Positions 20,320 to 29,753 of a stretch of 64,000 bases of DNA are shown here, one piece after another; positions within the stretch are counted from its first letter, which is position 1; every line of letters starts with the position of its first letter. The notes under the pieces were generated by a model. The model was not told the origin of the DNA and ran no database searches. It was given only the letters and a program-made list of their open reading frames with translations. Source of the stretch: Rubrivivax sp. (GTDB lineage: Bacteria > Pseudomonadota > Gammaproteobacteria > Burkholderiales > Burkholderiaceae_C); assembly GCA_044224175.1 (NCBI GenBank), contig JBGAKY010000033.1:287-64286 (forward strand), in the 5' to 3' direction. The position numbers and the translations under genes are program-made.

Positions 20320-20763
20320 ATGTACCAACGCATCCTCGTCCCGGTGGACGGCAGCGATCTGACCGACAAGGCCATTGATGCGAGCATCAACCTTGCGCGC
20401 CAGCTCGGGGCCTCCATCACCGGCTACGTGGCTGAGCCGGTCATGACGCCGCCGGCCGCCGCCCGCTCCCGCGCCTGGTTCGAAGAGGAACTGAAGGAAC
20501 ACGACGCGATGACCGAGTCGCACGCGCGCCAGGTGCTGCAGCGCTTCGAGCAGCGCGCACGCGAAGCCGGCGTGTCCTTCGACGGCTGCTTCGACCGCGT
20601 GCCGCGCGTCGACCAGGCCATCATCGACGCTGCCGAATCGCAGGGCTGCGACATGATCGTGATGGTCACGCATGGCCGCGGCGCCTTTGGCGAGTTCCTC
20701 TTCGGCAGCCAGACCAAGGCCGTGCTGGCGGGCAGCAAGCTGCCCTTGCTGGTGCTCCACTGA
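20320..20763 (+). CDS. Universal stress protein (UspA)
   Basis: MYQRILVPVDGS, CDMIVMVTHGRG, GSQTKAVL. Confidence 0.93.
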   Translation: MYQRILVPVDGSDLTDKAIDASINLARQLGASITGYVAEPVMTPPAAARSRAWFEEELKEHDAMTESHARQVLQRFEQRAREAGVSFDGCFDRVPRVDQAIIDAAESQGCDMIVMVTHGRGAFGEFLFGSQTKAVLAGSKLPLLVLH

Positions 20764-20784
20764 GGGCGCTTCACTGATGGCACC

Positions 20785-21192
20785 ATGGCGGCGATGGAAC
20801 TCGCCGCCTGGTACCCCCAAGTCAAGCAGGCCCACATCGGTCTGGTCACCCTGAGCGGCACGCTCTTCGTGCTGCGCGGCGCCGCCGTGCTGGCCGGCCA
20901 GGCCTGGCCGATGGCGCGCGCGCTGCGCGTCGCCAGCATGCTGATCGACACCGCGCTGCTCGGCGCCGGCGCCACGCTGTGGGCCATCCTCTCGCTCAAC
21001 CCGGTGCGCGACGGCTGGCTGGGGCTGAAGCTGGTGCTGGTGGTGGCCTACATCGTGGTCGGCACCTTCGCGCTGAAGCGCGCACCCACGCGCACCGCCA
21101 AGGCGGCTTGCTACGCCGCGGCGCTGGTGCTGCTGGCATGGGTCGTGGGCATCGCGCTGGCGCACCACCCGGCCGGCTGGTTCAAGGGCTGA
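20785..21192 (+). CDS. SirB2-family membrane protein
   Basis: YPQVKQAHIGLVTLSG.LF..RG, IDTALL, WLGLKL, GTFALKR, HHPAGW. Confidence 0.85.
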   Translation: MAAMELAAWYPQVKQAHIGLVTLSGTLFVLRGAAVLAGQAWPMARALRVASMLIDTALLGAGATLWAILSLNPVRDGWLGLKLVLVVAYIVVGTFALKRAPTRTAKAACYAAALVLLAWVVGIALAHHPAGWFKG

Positions 21193-21217
21193 GTCAAGCC
21201 TGAACTGGGCACCCGAG

Positions 21218-22399
21218 GTGCCGCTGTTCGGCCGACCGCGCCGCCCGCGGCCGGCGCACCATGCCCAGATGCTGGAAGAACTGCGCCTCGAGCCCATGGC
21301 GGCTGCGGTGGCGGCATGGCACAACCGCCTGCCGCTGGCGCAGCGTGTCGCGGCGGCGCAGGTGACGTCGCCGGGCTACGTGGTGCGGCCCGTCGGGGCC
21401 GACGCCCGCCGCGGCCGGCGCGCGCTGCGCCCGGCCTTCAGCGAAGATTTCCTGCCCCCGTTCACGCCGCAGCAGATCGCCCGCTGGGCGCTGCGCCATG
21501 GGCGCGACGTCGCCGGCATGCCGGCCGGCGCGCCGCGCCGCGACGTGGCGCTGGACGCCGGCGTGCTGGGCCCCGACGGCACCCTGGTGCCGCTGGTGGT
21601 GCGCACCGCCAGCCTGGAATCTCAAGGCCGCGTGCAGCGCGTGCTGGTGGGCGCCGGCAAGCGGCCCGCGGTGCTGGGCCGGCGCTGGCGATCGGCGGGG
21701 CGCCTGGGGGCGCTGGCCGGGCTGTTCGGGCTGGCGGCCGTGAGCGCTGTGCTGCGCTTCGCGATCCTGGCGCACGAACGGCTGGGCATCGAAGACCCGC
21801 CGGCGCCGTTCGACAACGTGGCGGTGGCCGACCCCCAGGACGCGGCGCCGGTCTGGGAGCCGGCCGCTTCCGAACCCGACCTCGCCGAACCGCCGCCGCC
21901 CCCTGAACCCATGCCGCAGGAGGCGGCCGAGGCGCCCGAGACCGCGGCTTCGGTCGCGGCCCAGGCCCCGCCGCCCCCGCTGCCGGCATCGGCCGCCGCG
22001 GTGACCGCCGCGCCTTCGGCTGCGGCCTCCGCCGCACCCGCGGCAGCACCGCCGGCCGCGCCGCAGGGGACTGCGCGCCCGGTCGACGTCGAACCCCGGT
22101 GGGGCCGCATCGACCTGCCGCGCGTGCGGCCCGAGATCGTGCCGCGCAAGGAACCGAGCAAGTCGGTCTGGGCCATCGCCGCGCCGCAGGTGCGGGACGC
22201 GCGCACGGCGGCCAAGGGGGCCACCCGCATGCAGCAGCAGCTGGCCGCCGCCGGCCAGGCGGGGCTGCGTGTCGAGACGATGGCCGTGGGGAACGAGTGG
22301 CGTGTCGTCGGCTGGCCCTTCCGCAGCCGCCGTGCCGCCGAAGACGCCCTGGCCGTGCTGGCCCGGCAAGGGGTGAAAGCCGAGGTCGTGGAGTTCTGA
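21218..22399 (+). CDS. Hypothetical membrane protein: TM, Pro/Ala linker, C-terminal SPOR-like domain
   Basis: One TM (ALAGLFGLAAVSAVLRFAIL), low-complexity PA linker, C-terminal WRVVGWPF.SR..AE.A...L..GV pattern; start uncertain. Confidence 0.55.
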   Translation: MPLFGRPRRPRPAHHAQMLEELRLEPMAAAVAAWHNRLPLAQRVAAAQVTSPGYVVRPVGADARRGRRALRPAFSEDFLPPFTPQQIARWALRHGRDVAGMPAGAPRRDVALDAGVLGPDGTLVPLVVRTASLESQGRVQRVLVGAGKRPAVLGRRWRSAGRLGALAGLFGLAAVSAVLRFAILAHERLGIEDPPAPFDNVAVADPQDAAPVWEPAASEPDLAEPPPPPEPMPQEAAEAPETAASVAAQAPPPPLPASAAAVTAAPSAAASAAPAAAPPAAPQGTARPVDVEPRWGRIDLPRVRPEIVPRKEPSKSVWAIAAPQVRDARTAAKGATRMQQQLAAAGQAGLRVETMAVGNEWRVVGWPFRSRRAAEDALAVLARQGVKAEVVEF

Positions 22400-22445
22400 A
22401 GGGCGTACAGAATCGCTCCTGAAGCAACCGATTCAGGAGACACCC

Positions 22446-23246
22446 TTGAGCAATCCCATCGCAGCGCGGCCCGTGGCCGTGGTCACCGGCGGCGCGCGCG
22501 GCATCGGCCTCGCCTGCGGCCACTGGTTCCTGGCCCATGGCCACCGCGTGGCGCTGATCGACATCGACCACGAGACGCTGCAGAAGACCCTGGCCGCGCT
22601 GGACGAACGCGTGAAGGCCGGCGAAGTGCTGGGCCTCCATGCCGACGTCTCCAGCCCGCAGCAGGTGAAGGATGCCTTCGCCGGCGTCGAGCAACAGTTC
22701 GGCCGCGTCGATGCGCTGGTCAACAACGCCGGTGTCGCGGTCTTCAAGAAGATCGGCGAGACGACCTGGGACGACTGGAAGTACGTGCTCAACACCAACC
22801 TGGACGGCCCCTTCCTGTGCACCCAGGCGGCGGCACCGATCATGGTGAAGGGCGGGCGCGGCGGCGCGGTGGTCAACATCGCCAGCATCTCGGGCCTGCG
22901 CGCCAGCACCATGCGCGTGGCCTACGGCACCAGCAAGGGCGCGGTGATCCACCTCACCAAGCAGCAGGCCATCGAGTACGGCGACGCCGGCATCCGCGTG
23001 AACTGCGTCGCCCCGGGACCGGTGGACACCGAGATGAGCAAGCTCGTGCACACGGTGGCGATCCGCAGCGACTACTACGACGCCATTCCGCTCAACCGCT
23101 ACGGCACGACGGAAGAGATCGCGAACGCGGTGGGCTTCCTCTGCAGCCCGGAGGCGAGCTACGTCAACGGCCAGACCCTGGCCGCCGACGGCGGCTTCGA
23201 CGCCAGCGGGGTGGGGTTGCCGACGCTGCGCAGGAACAAGGGCTGA
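22446..23246 (+). CDS. Short-chain dehydrogenase/reductase
   Basis: TGGARGIG, VNNAG, NIAS, YGTSK, VAPGPVDT; TTG start with RBS AGGAGA. Confidence 0.93.
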   Translation: MSNPIAARPVAVVTGGARGIGLACGHWFLAHGHRVALIDIDHETLQKTLAALDERVKAGEVLGLHADVSSPQQVKDAFAGVEQQFGRVDALVNNAGVAVFKKIGETTWDDWKYVLNTNLDGPFLCTQAAAPIMVKGGRGGAVVNIASISGLRASTMRVAYGTSKGAVIHLTKQQAIEYGDAGIRVNCVAPGPVDTEMSKLVHTVAIRSDYYDAIPLNRYGTTEEIANAVGFLCSPEASYVNGQTLAADGGFDASGVGLPTLRRNKG

Positions 23247-23258
23247 CCTCGGCACGTC

Positions 23259-24203
23259 ATGCAAGCACGCAGCCTGCGCCTGGGCGCCGTGCAGATGGTC
23301 AGCGCCAACGGCGAGGTCGAGGCCAACCTCGGCCGCGCCGAACAGGGCGCCGCGGCCGCTGCCGACCAGGGCGCGCAGCTCATCGTGCTGCCCGAACTCT
23401 TCTCCACCGGCTTCGAGATCAACGCCAGGGCCTGGCGCTCGGCCGAGCCGCAAGGCGGTCCCACCGAGCGCTGGCTGGCCGACTTCGCGCGCCGCCGCCA
23501 CTGTTTCGTCGGCGGCAGCTACATGGAGCGGCGTGGCGCCGACTACTTCAACACCTTCGCGCTGGCCGGGCCCGAAGGCGTGGCCGGGCGCGTGCGCAAG
23601 CGCCACCCCTGTTCGGTCGAGGCCTATGTCTTCAAGGCCGGCGACGACCTGCACGTGATCGAGACACCACTGGGCCGCATCGGCGTGGCCATCTGCTACG
23701 ACAGCAGCCTGCGCGAGGTCTGGGACCGCCTGCTCGCCGCGCGGCCCGACCTGCTGCTGTTGCCCATGTGCGTGCCGGCCCCGGCAAGGAGGCTTTTCTA
23801 CGGCCAGGACCGGATCGACGCCTTCATCGCGACGATGCGCGACGGTGCCACCCAGACCGCCCGGCTGCTGGGCCTGCCCTGCGCGCTGGCCAACAAGTGG
23901 GGCCCGTGGCAGTGCGATCTGCCCGGTCGCCTGCCGCCGCTGCTGCTGGGGCCGCAACGGTCGGAATTCGTCGGCTGCACCCACGTAGCCGACAGCGACG
24001 GCGAGGAGCGGGCGCGGGTGATCGAAGGGGTGGGCGTGGCGGTGGCGACGGTGACGCTGGATCCTTCCCGGAAGCATCTCGTCCTGCCGGAGGAACGCGA
24101 CCGCTACAAGCCCTGGATCGCGCCCGTGCCGGCCGAGTACCGCGCCTTCGCGCTCTTCGAAGCGCTGGGCCGGCGCTGGTACGCCGGCCACCGGCCTGCC
24201 TAG
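23259..24203 (+). CDS. Carbon-nitrogen hydrolase (nitrilase superfamily)
   Basis: Catalytic triad E (LPELF), K (VRKRHP), C (AICYD). Confidence 0.85.
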   Translation: MQARSLRLGAVQMVSANGEVEANLGRAEQGAAAAADQGAQLIVLPELFSTGFEINARAWRSAEPQGGPTERWLADFARRRHCFVGGSYMERRGADYFNTFALAGPEGVAGRVRKRHPCSVEAYVFKAGDDLHVIETPLGRIGVAICYDSSLREVWDRLLAARPDLLLLPMCVPAPARRLFYGQDRIDAFIATMRDGATQTARLLGLPCALANKWGPWQCDLPGRLPPLLLGPQRSEFVGCTHVADSDGEERARVIEGVGVAVATVTLDPSRKHLVLPEERDRYKPWIAPVPAEYRAFALFEALGRRWYAGHRPA

Positions 24204-24207
24204 CGGA

Positions 24208-26064
24208 TCAAAGGAACCCGGTCGAGATCCACGGCACCGCGGCGATCACCAGCAGCGCCAGGAACAGCGCCCCCAGGTGCGGCCAGACGCGGCCGAAGGC
24301 CTGGTCGGGCGGTACCTTGCCGATGGCGCAGGCGGCGTAGAAGCCCACGCCGAAGGGGGGCGCGAACAGCCCCAGGCCCATCGCGAAGATCACCACCATG
24401 GCGTAGTGCACCTCGTGCACGCCCAGGGCGCGCGCCACCGGGAACAGCAGCGGCCCGAACAGCACGATGGCCGGAATGCCTTCGAGCACGCTGCCCAGGA
24501 TCACGAAGGCCAGCAGCGACACCACCAGGAAGCCGGTCTTGCCACCCGGCACCGCCTTCATCGTGGCGACGAGCGCGTTCGAGAAGCCCGACTGCGTGAG
24601 CGCCCAGGCCATCGCGGTGGCGCAGCCGATGATGAGCAGGATCGCACCCGACAGCGACGCCGTGTCCACCAGCATCGGCTTCAACTGCCGCCAGTCGAAC
24701 TGGCGGTAGATGAAGAGGCCGGCCAGCACCGTGTAGGCCACCCCGACGGTGGACACCTCGGTGGCGGTGGCCACGCCTTCCACCACCACGGTGCGGATCA
24801 CGAAGGGCAGCGCCAGCGCCGGCAGCGCCACCAGCAGGGCGCGCCGTATCTGCGCGCCGCTGGCGCGCTGCACGCCGGTCATGTCCTCGCCGCGCGTCTG
24901 CCACCACACCAGCACGCAGAGCGCGGCCAGTCCCACCACCGCCGGCAGCAGGCCGCCGGTGAAGAGGGCGCTGATGGAAACGCCGGTGACGGCGCCGATG
25001 GTGATCAGCACCAGGCTGGGCGGGATGGTCTCGCTCATCGCGCCCGAAGCCGACAGCAGCGCCACCAGGTCGCCACCCTTCGCGCCGCGGCGCTTCATCT
25101 CCGGGAACAGCGCCGGCGCCACGGCCGCCATGTCGGCCGCCTTCGAACCCGAGATGCCGGAGACGAGGTACATCGCGCCCAGCAGCACGTACTGCAGGCC
25201 GCCGCGCACGTGGCCGATCAGCGCCGCCAGGAAGTCCACCATCGCGCGCGCCAGCCCGGTCATCGCGATCAGCGCGCCCAGGAACACGAACAGCGGCACC
25301 GACAGCAGGATGATGTGCGACATGCCCTCGTCCATGCGGCTCACCACGATGGTGAGCGGCGTGCGCGTGGTCAGCGCCAGGTAGGCCAGCGTCGCCAGTC
25401 CGAAGGCGAAGCCGATCGGCATGCCCAGGGCGACGCCGATGCCCACGCCGACCACGAAGAAGAGCAGCAGGTTGGTGTTGCCCAGCTTCATCAACGCCGG
25501 CCTGGCGAACCAGGCCAGCGCGCCCACCAGCGCCACCAGGGCCAGCACCGCCAGCAGCTGGCGCCAGCCGGCGCGTTCCAGCAGCCGCGCGGCGGCGATG
25601 AACACCATCAGCACCGCGCCCACGCCGATGGCGGCGACGCGCACGCCGTCGTGCCATTCCAGCGCCGGCGTGGTGACCACCCACTGGTCTTCGAAATGCT
25701 CCCAGGCCGGCCGCAGCAGCAGCGCCACGAACAGCAGCACCAGCGCCATCGCAAGCGACTCGACGAAGGCGCGCGCGCTCGGCGGCAGCGCGTTGACGAT
25801 GGTCGTCAGCCGCATGTGTTCACCGCGGCGCAGCGCGATCACCGCGCCCAGCATGGCCAGCCACAGGAAGAGGATCGACGCCAGTTCGTCCGACCAGGTG
25901 AGCGGCGCGTTGAACACGTAGCGCGAGATCACCCCGGCCAGCAGGATGCCGGTCTCCAGCAGCACCAGCAGCGCCGCCGGCCAGTCGGTCAGTGCCCCGA
26001 TCAGACGGTCGAAGGCGACGAAGCCGCGCGCGCGCGGCGCGGCGCCCTCTTCTGCGGCGTGCAC
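24208..26064 (-). CDS. TRAP transporter fused DctQ-DctM permease
   Basis: WSDEL..ILFLWL.MLGA..ALRRGEH (DctQ); SVPLFVF, ISGSKAAD, ETIPPS, EGIPAI, PPFGVG (DctM); GTG start. Confidence 0.92.
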   Translation of the reverse strand: MHAAEEGAAPRARGFVAFDRLIGALTDWPAALLVLLETGILLAGVISRYVFNAPLTWSDELASILFLWLAMLGAVIALRRGEHMRLTTIVNALPPSARAFVESLAMALVLLFVALLLRPAWEHFEDQWVVTTPALEWHDGVRVAAIGVGAVLMVFIAAARLLERAGWRQLLAVLALVALVGALAWFARPALMKLGNTNLLLFFVVGVGIGVALGMPIGFAFGLATLAYLALTTRTPLTIVVSRMDEGMSHIILLSVPLFVFLGALIAMTGLARAMVDFLAALIGHVRGGLQYVLLGAMYLVSGISGSKAADMAAVAPALFPEMKRRGAKGGDLVALLSASGAMSETIPPSLVLITIGAVTGVSISALFTGGLLPAVVGLAALCVLVWWQTRGEDMTGVQRASGAQIRRALLVALPALALPFVIRTVVVEGVATATEVSTVGVAYTVLAGLFIYRQFDWRQLKPMLVDTASLSGAILLIIGCATAMAWALTQSGFSNALVATMKAVPGGKTGFLVVSLLAFVILGSVLEGIPAIVLFGPLLFPVARALGVHEVHYAMVVIFAMGLGLFAPPFGVGFYAACAIGKVPPDQAFGRVWPHLGALFLALLVIAAVPWISTGFL

Positions 26065-26069
26065 GGGTT

Positions 26070-27089
26070 CTAGGCGAGCTTGCCGGAGTACTTCTCCAGC
26101 TTGGCCATCGCGTCGTCGCCGAACTTGGTGCGCCATTCCTTGTAGAAGCCGGCCTTGGACAGCGCTTCGCGGAAGGTCTTCACGTCGGGGTAGTTGAAGA
26201 TCATGCCCTTGGCCTTGAGCTGGGCCTCGATGCTGTTGTTCAGGCGCCGGATGTCGTCGCGCTGCTTCACCACCGCTTCGGTGACATGCCTGGTGATCAA
26301 GGCCTGCACGTCGGCCGGCGTGCCGGCCCAGCGGCGGCCGTTGGCCAGGATCCACTGGCCGTCCCACATGTGGCCGGTCATGCTGACGTACTTCTGCACT
26401 TCGTAGAGCTTGGCGATCTCGATGATGGCCAGCGGGTTCTCCTGCCCTTCCACCACCTTGGTCTGCAGCGCGGAGTAGACCTCGCTGAAGTTGATCGAGG
26501 CCGGCGCGGCGCCGAAGGCCTTGAACATGCTGGTCCACAGCGGGCTCACCGGCACGCGGATCTTGAAGCCCTGCAGGTCGGCCGCCGTGTTGATCGGCTT
26601 GGTGCTGGTGGTGATGTTGCGGAAGCCGTTGTCCAGGCACTTGTCGAACACGTGCAGGTTCACCTTGCCGATGGCGGCGCGCACGAAGGCGCCCAGCTCG
26701 CCGTCCATCGCCGACCACACGGTGGGGTAGTCCTTGAACGCGAAGGCCAGGCCGTTGATGGCGGCCACCGGCACCAGGGTCTGCAGGATCAGGCCCGACA
26801 GCGGGAAGAAGTCGATCGCGCCCGAACGCACCTGGCTCAGCATGTCGGTGTCGCCGCCGAGCTGGTTGTTCGGGAACAGCTGGATGTCCACCTTGCCCTT
26901 GCTCTCGGCGCGGATCGCGTCGGCCGCTTCCTTGATGCGCACCGTGCTCGGGTGCGTGGCCGGGATGTTGTTGGCCCACTTGAAGCTGTGTTCGGCCTGC
27001 TGAGCGAACGCCGGCCGGCCGAGGGTGGCCAGGGCGCCGGCGGCGGCGGTGGTCTGCAGGAAGTGGCGGCGGCTGCCTTGCGTGTTCAT
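26070..27089 (-). CDS. TRAP substrate-binding protein (DctP) with Tat signal
   Basis: SRRHFL leader; FPNNQLGGD, DNGFRN, GFKIRVP, EVYSALQTKVVEGQENP. Confidence 0.93.
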   Translation of the reverse strand: MNTQGSRRHFLQTTAAAGALATLGRPAFAQQAEHSFKWANNIPATHPSTVRIKEAADAIRAESKGKVDIQLFPNNQLGGDTDMLSQVRSGAIDFFPLSGLILQTLVPVAAINGLAFAFKDYPTVWSAMDGELGAFVRAAIGKVNLHVFDKCLDNGFRNITTSTKPINTAADLQGFKIRVPVSPLWTSMFKAFGAAPASINFSEVYSALQTKVVEGQENPLAIIEIAKLYEVQKYVSMTGHMWDGQWILANGRRWAGTPADVQALITRHVTEAVVKQRDDIRRLNNSIEAQLKAKGMIFNYPDVKTFREALSKAGFYKEWRTKFGDDAMAKLEKYSGKLA

Positions 27090-27129
27090 GGTGTCGTGTG
27101 CTCCTTCAGCGGTAATGTCGTCGTTCGTC

Positions 27130-28101
27130 TCAGCGGGATTCCAGCAGCCGCAACGCGGCCTGCGCGATCTTGGAAGGGGTGATGCGCGATTCGGCTTCCA
27201 GCACCGGCGCGTAGCCCACGGGAATGCGCGGCGCGCCCCAGCGGGCGACACGGCAGCCGGTGGCTTCGGCGGTGGCGGCGGCGACCTCGGCGCCGAAGCC
27301 GGCCACCTGCACCGCTTCGTGCACGACCAGCAGGCGCTTCGTGCGCGCCGCCGATTCGAACACGGCCTGCTGGTCCCAGGGCCACAGCGTGCGCAGGTCC
27401 AGCAGGTCGACGCCGGCGCCCTTCAGTTCGGGCCCGTCCAGCGCTTCCAGCGCCGGTGCGACACCGCGCGACCAGGTGACGATCGTCAGGTCGTTGCCGC
27501 TGCGCAGCTTCGCGGCCCGGCCCAGCGGCACTTCGACCGTGGTGTCCACCGGCGCGCTCAGCGGCCACAGTTCCTTGTGTTCCATGTAGACCACCGGGTC
27601 GCCGCAGGCGAGCGCGCTCTTGAGCAGCCCGTGGTTGTCCTGCGGCGTCGCCGGCGTCACCACCACCAGGCCCGGCAGATGGGCGAACCAGCTTTCCAGC
27701 GACTGCGAATGCTGGGCGGCCGAAGCCGACCAGATGCCGATGGGCATGCGCGCCACCAGCGGCACGCGGCCCTGGCCGCCGAACATGAAGCGGTTCTTCG
27801 CCGCCTGGTTGACGATCTCGTCCATCGCGCAGAGCGCGAAGTCGATGACGCGCAGCTCCACGACGGGCCTCAGCCCCGTGAGCGCCATGCCGACGGCGGC
27901 GCCCATGATGTTGGCTTCGGAGATCGGCGTGTCGATCACGCGCCCGGCGCCGAAACGCTGCTGCAGCCCGCGGTACTGGCCGAACACGCCGCCGCGGCCC
28001 AGGTCTTCGCCCAGCGCGACCACGCGCTCGTCGGCGGCCATGGCCTGTTCCAGCGCCAGCAGCGCGGCCTGCGAATAGGTGAGGGTGCTGACGTCGCTCA
28101 T
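27130..28101 (-). CDS. TPP-dependent 2-oxoacid/acetoin dehydrogenase E1 beta subunit
   Basis: LGEDLGRGG, RVIDTPISE, AAQHSQ, YMEHK, DLRTLWP, VVHEA. Confidence 0.93.
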   Translation of the reverse strand: MSDVSTLTYSQAALLALEQAMAADERVVALGEDLGRGGVFGQYRGLQQRFGAGRVIDTPISEANIMGAAVGMALTGLRPVVELRVIDFALCAMDEIVNQAAKNRFMFGGQGRVPLVARMPIGIWSASAAQHSQSLESWFAHLPGLVVVTPATPQDNHGLLKSALACGDPVVYMEHKELWPLSAPVDTTVEVPLGRAAKLRSGNDLTIVTWSRGVAPALEALDGPELKGAGVDLLDLRTLWPWDQQAVFESAARTKRLLVVHEAVQVAGFGAEVAAATAEATGCRVARWGAPRIPVGYAPVLEAESRITPSKIAQAALRLLESR

Positions 28102-29111
28102 CGCCACACCCCCGCGCCGGTGTCCATCACGTCTTCGTAGGCGGCCTTCACGTCGGGCCAGGGCGCGGCTTCGGCCACCGCCAGCGCGTGGTCGATCTCG
28201 GCCTTCGCTTCGGTGTCGATGGCGGCGACTTCGGTTTCGCTCGCGCCCAGCGCCAGCAGGCGTTCGCGCGTCTTCTTCAGGGGGTCGGCGTCGATCGCGG
28301 CCTGCACCTCGGCGGCGTCGCGGTAGGTGCCGGGGTCGACCGAGACATGGCCCTTGAAGCGGTAGGTCACGGCGTGGATCAGGCGCGGCCCGCCGCCGGC
28401 GCGGATTTCCTCGACGAAGCGGCGCGCTGCGGCGTCCACCGCCTCGGGGTCGTTGCCGTCGACGCGAACGCCCGGCATCGCCAGCGACTGCGCACGCGCC
28501 GAGACGCCTTCGCCGGCGGTCATCGGCCCGGTGGGCGTGGTGGCCGAGATGCGGTTGTCCTCGCAGACGAAGAGCACCGGCAGCCGGTAGACCTGGGCCC
28601 AGTTCAAGCCTTCCAGGAAGGGCCCGCGGTTGGCGGCGCCGTCGCCGAAGAAGCAGGCCACCAGGTGCGGCAGGCCACGGATCTTCAATGCCTGCGCGGC
28701 GCCGGTGGCGATCGGGATGCCCGCCGCCACCACGCCGTTGGCGCCCAGCATGCCGACCGAGAAGTCGGCGATGTGCATCGAGCCGCCCTTGCCCTTGTTG
28801 TAGCCGGTGGCGCGGCCGAACAGCTCGCACATCATGCGCGCCGTGTCGGCACCCTTGGCCAGCGTGTGGCCGTGGCCGCGGTGGGTGCTGGTGAGCAGGT
28901 CCTCGCGCGCCAGGTTGATGCACACGCCCGCCGCGACGGCTTCCTGCCCGGTGGACAGGTGCAGCGGGCCGCGCACCAGCGCCGGCTTGGAAGAAGCCGC
29001 CAGGCCCCAGGCGGCGACGCCGCCCTGGCTGGCGACTTCGGCGGCGTCCTCGAAGGCGCGGATGCGGCGCATCAGGCGGTAGAGGTCGGTGAGGCGGTTT
29101 TTCGGGTTCAT
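28098..29111 (-). CDS. TPP-dependent 2-oxoacid/acetoin dehydrogenase E1 alpha subunit
   Basis: HLSTGQEA, STHRGHGH, GKGGSMH, FFGDGAANRG, CEDN, TYRFKGH; stop overlaps the beta start. Confidence 0.93.
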   Translation of the reverse strand: MNPKNRLTDLYRLMRRIRAFEDAAEVASQGGVAAWGLAASSKPALVRGPLHLSTGQEAVAAGVCINLAREDLLTSTHRGHGHTLAKGADTARMMCELFGRATGYNKGKGGSMHIADFSVGMLGANGVVAAGIPIATGAAQALKIRGLPHLVACFFGDGAANRGPFLEGLNWAQVYRLPVLFVCEDNRISATTPTGPMTAGEGVSARAQSLAMPGVRVDGNDPEAVDAAARRFVEEIRAGGGPRLIHAVTYRFKGHVSVDPGTYRDAAEVQAAIDADPLKKTRERLLALGASETEVAAIDTEAKAEIDHALAVAEAAPWPDVKAAYEDVMDTGAGVWR

Positions 29112-29205
29112 GGTTCGTACGGAAACGTACCATTCTAGGGACCCGCCGGACCGGGCCCGGCGGCACCGGTTGCGCGGCCGCCACCGGCGCGCAGAATTCG
29201 CCTCC

Positions 29206-29739
29206 ATGACGGAGCTGCCGCCACCGCCGAACGATCTGAAGGTCGAGGAGGCCTTCGCGGGCGCCTACCAGGCGCTGCGCCGTCTGGCGCGTTCGCGGCT
29301 GCGCGGCGGCGGCCGCAACACCGTGCTGGACACGACGGCGCTGGTGCACGAGGCCTACGTCAAGCTCAGCCGCAACGCCGGCATCTCGTTCCCGGACCAG
29401 GCGCACTTCCTGGCCTATGCCGGCCGGGCGATGCGCTCGATCATCGTCGACTTGGTGCGCCAGCGGCAGACCGAAAGGGCCGGCGGCGAGGTCGCGGTGC
29501 TCACCCTCACCGGCGACGTCGCCGACGCCGTGCCCGCCGAGGAGGCGCACATCCTGCGTGTGCACGAGGCGCTGCACGACATGGCCCAGGTCGACCCCCG
29601 CATGGCACGGGTGGTCGAGATGCGCTACTTCGCCGGCATGACCGATGCCGAGATCGGCAGCGCGCTCGGCGTCACCGACCGCACCGTGCGGCGCGACTGG
29701 GAACAGGCGCGGCTGTTCCTGGTCGAAGCGCTGAAGTAG
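29206..29739 (+). CDS. ECF sigma factor of the kinase-associated (TIGR02999/EcfK-like) type
   Basis: Region 2 DTTALVHEAYVKL, HFLAYAGRAMRSIIVD; region 4 VVEMRYFAGMT..EI...LGVTDRTVRRDW. Confidence 0.92.
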   Translation: MTELPPPPNDLKVEEAFAGAYQALRRLARSRLRGGGRNTVLDTTALVHEAYVKLSRNAGISFPDQAHFLAYAGRAMRSIIVDLVRQRQTERAGGEVAVLTLTGDVADAVPAEEAHILRVHEALHDMAQVDPRMARVVEMRYFAGMTDAEIGSALGVTDRTVRRDWEQARLFLVEALK

Positions 29740-29753
29740 GGCGGGCGGCGGCG

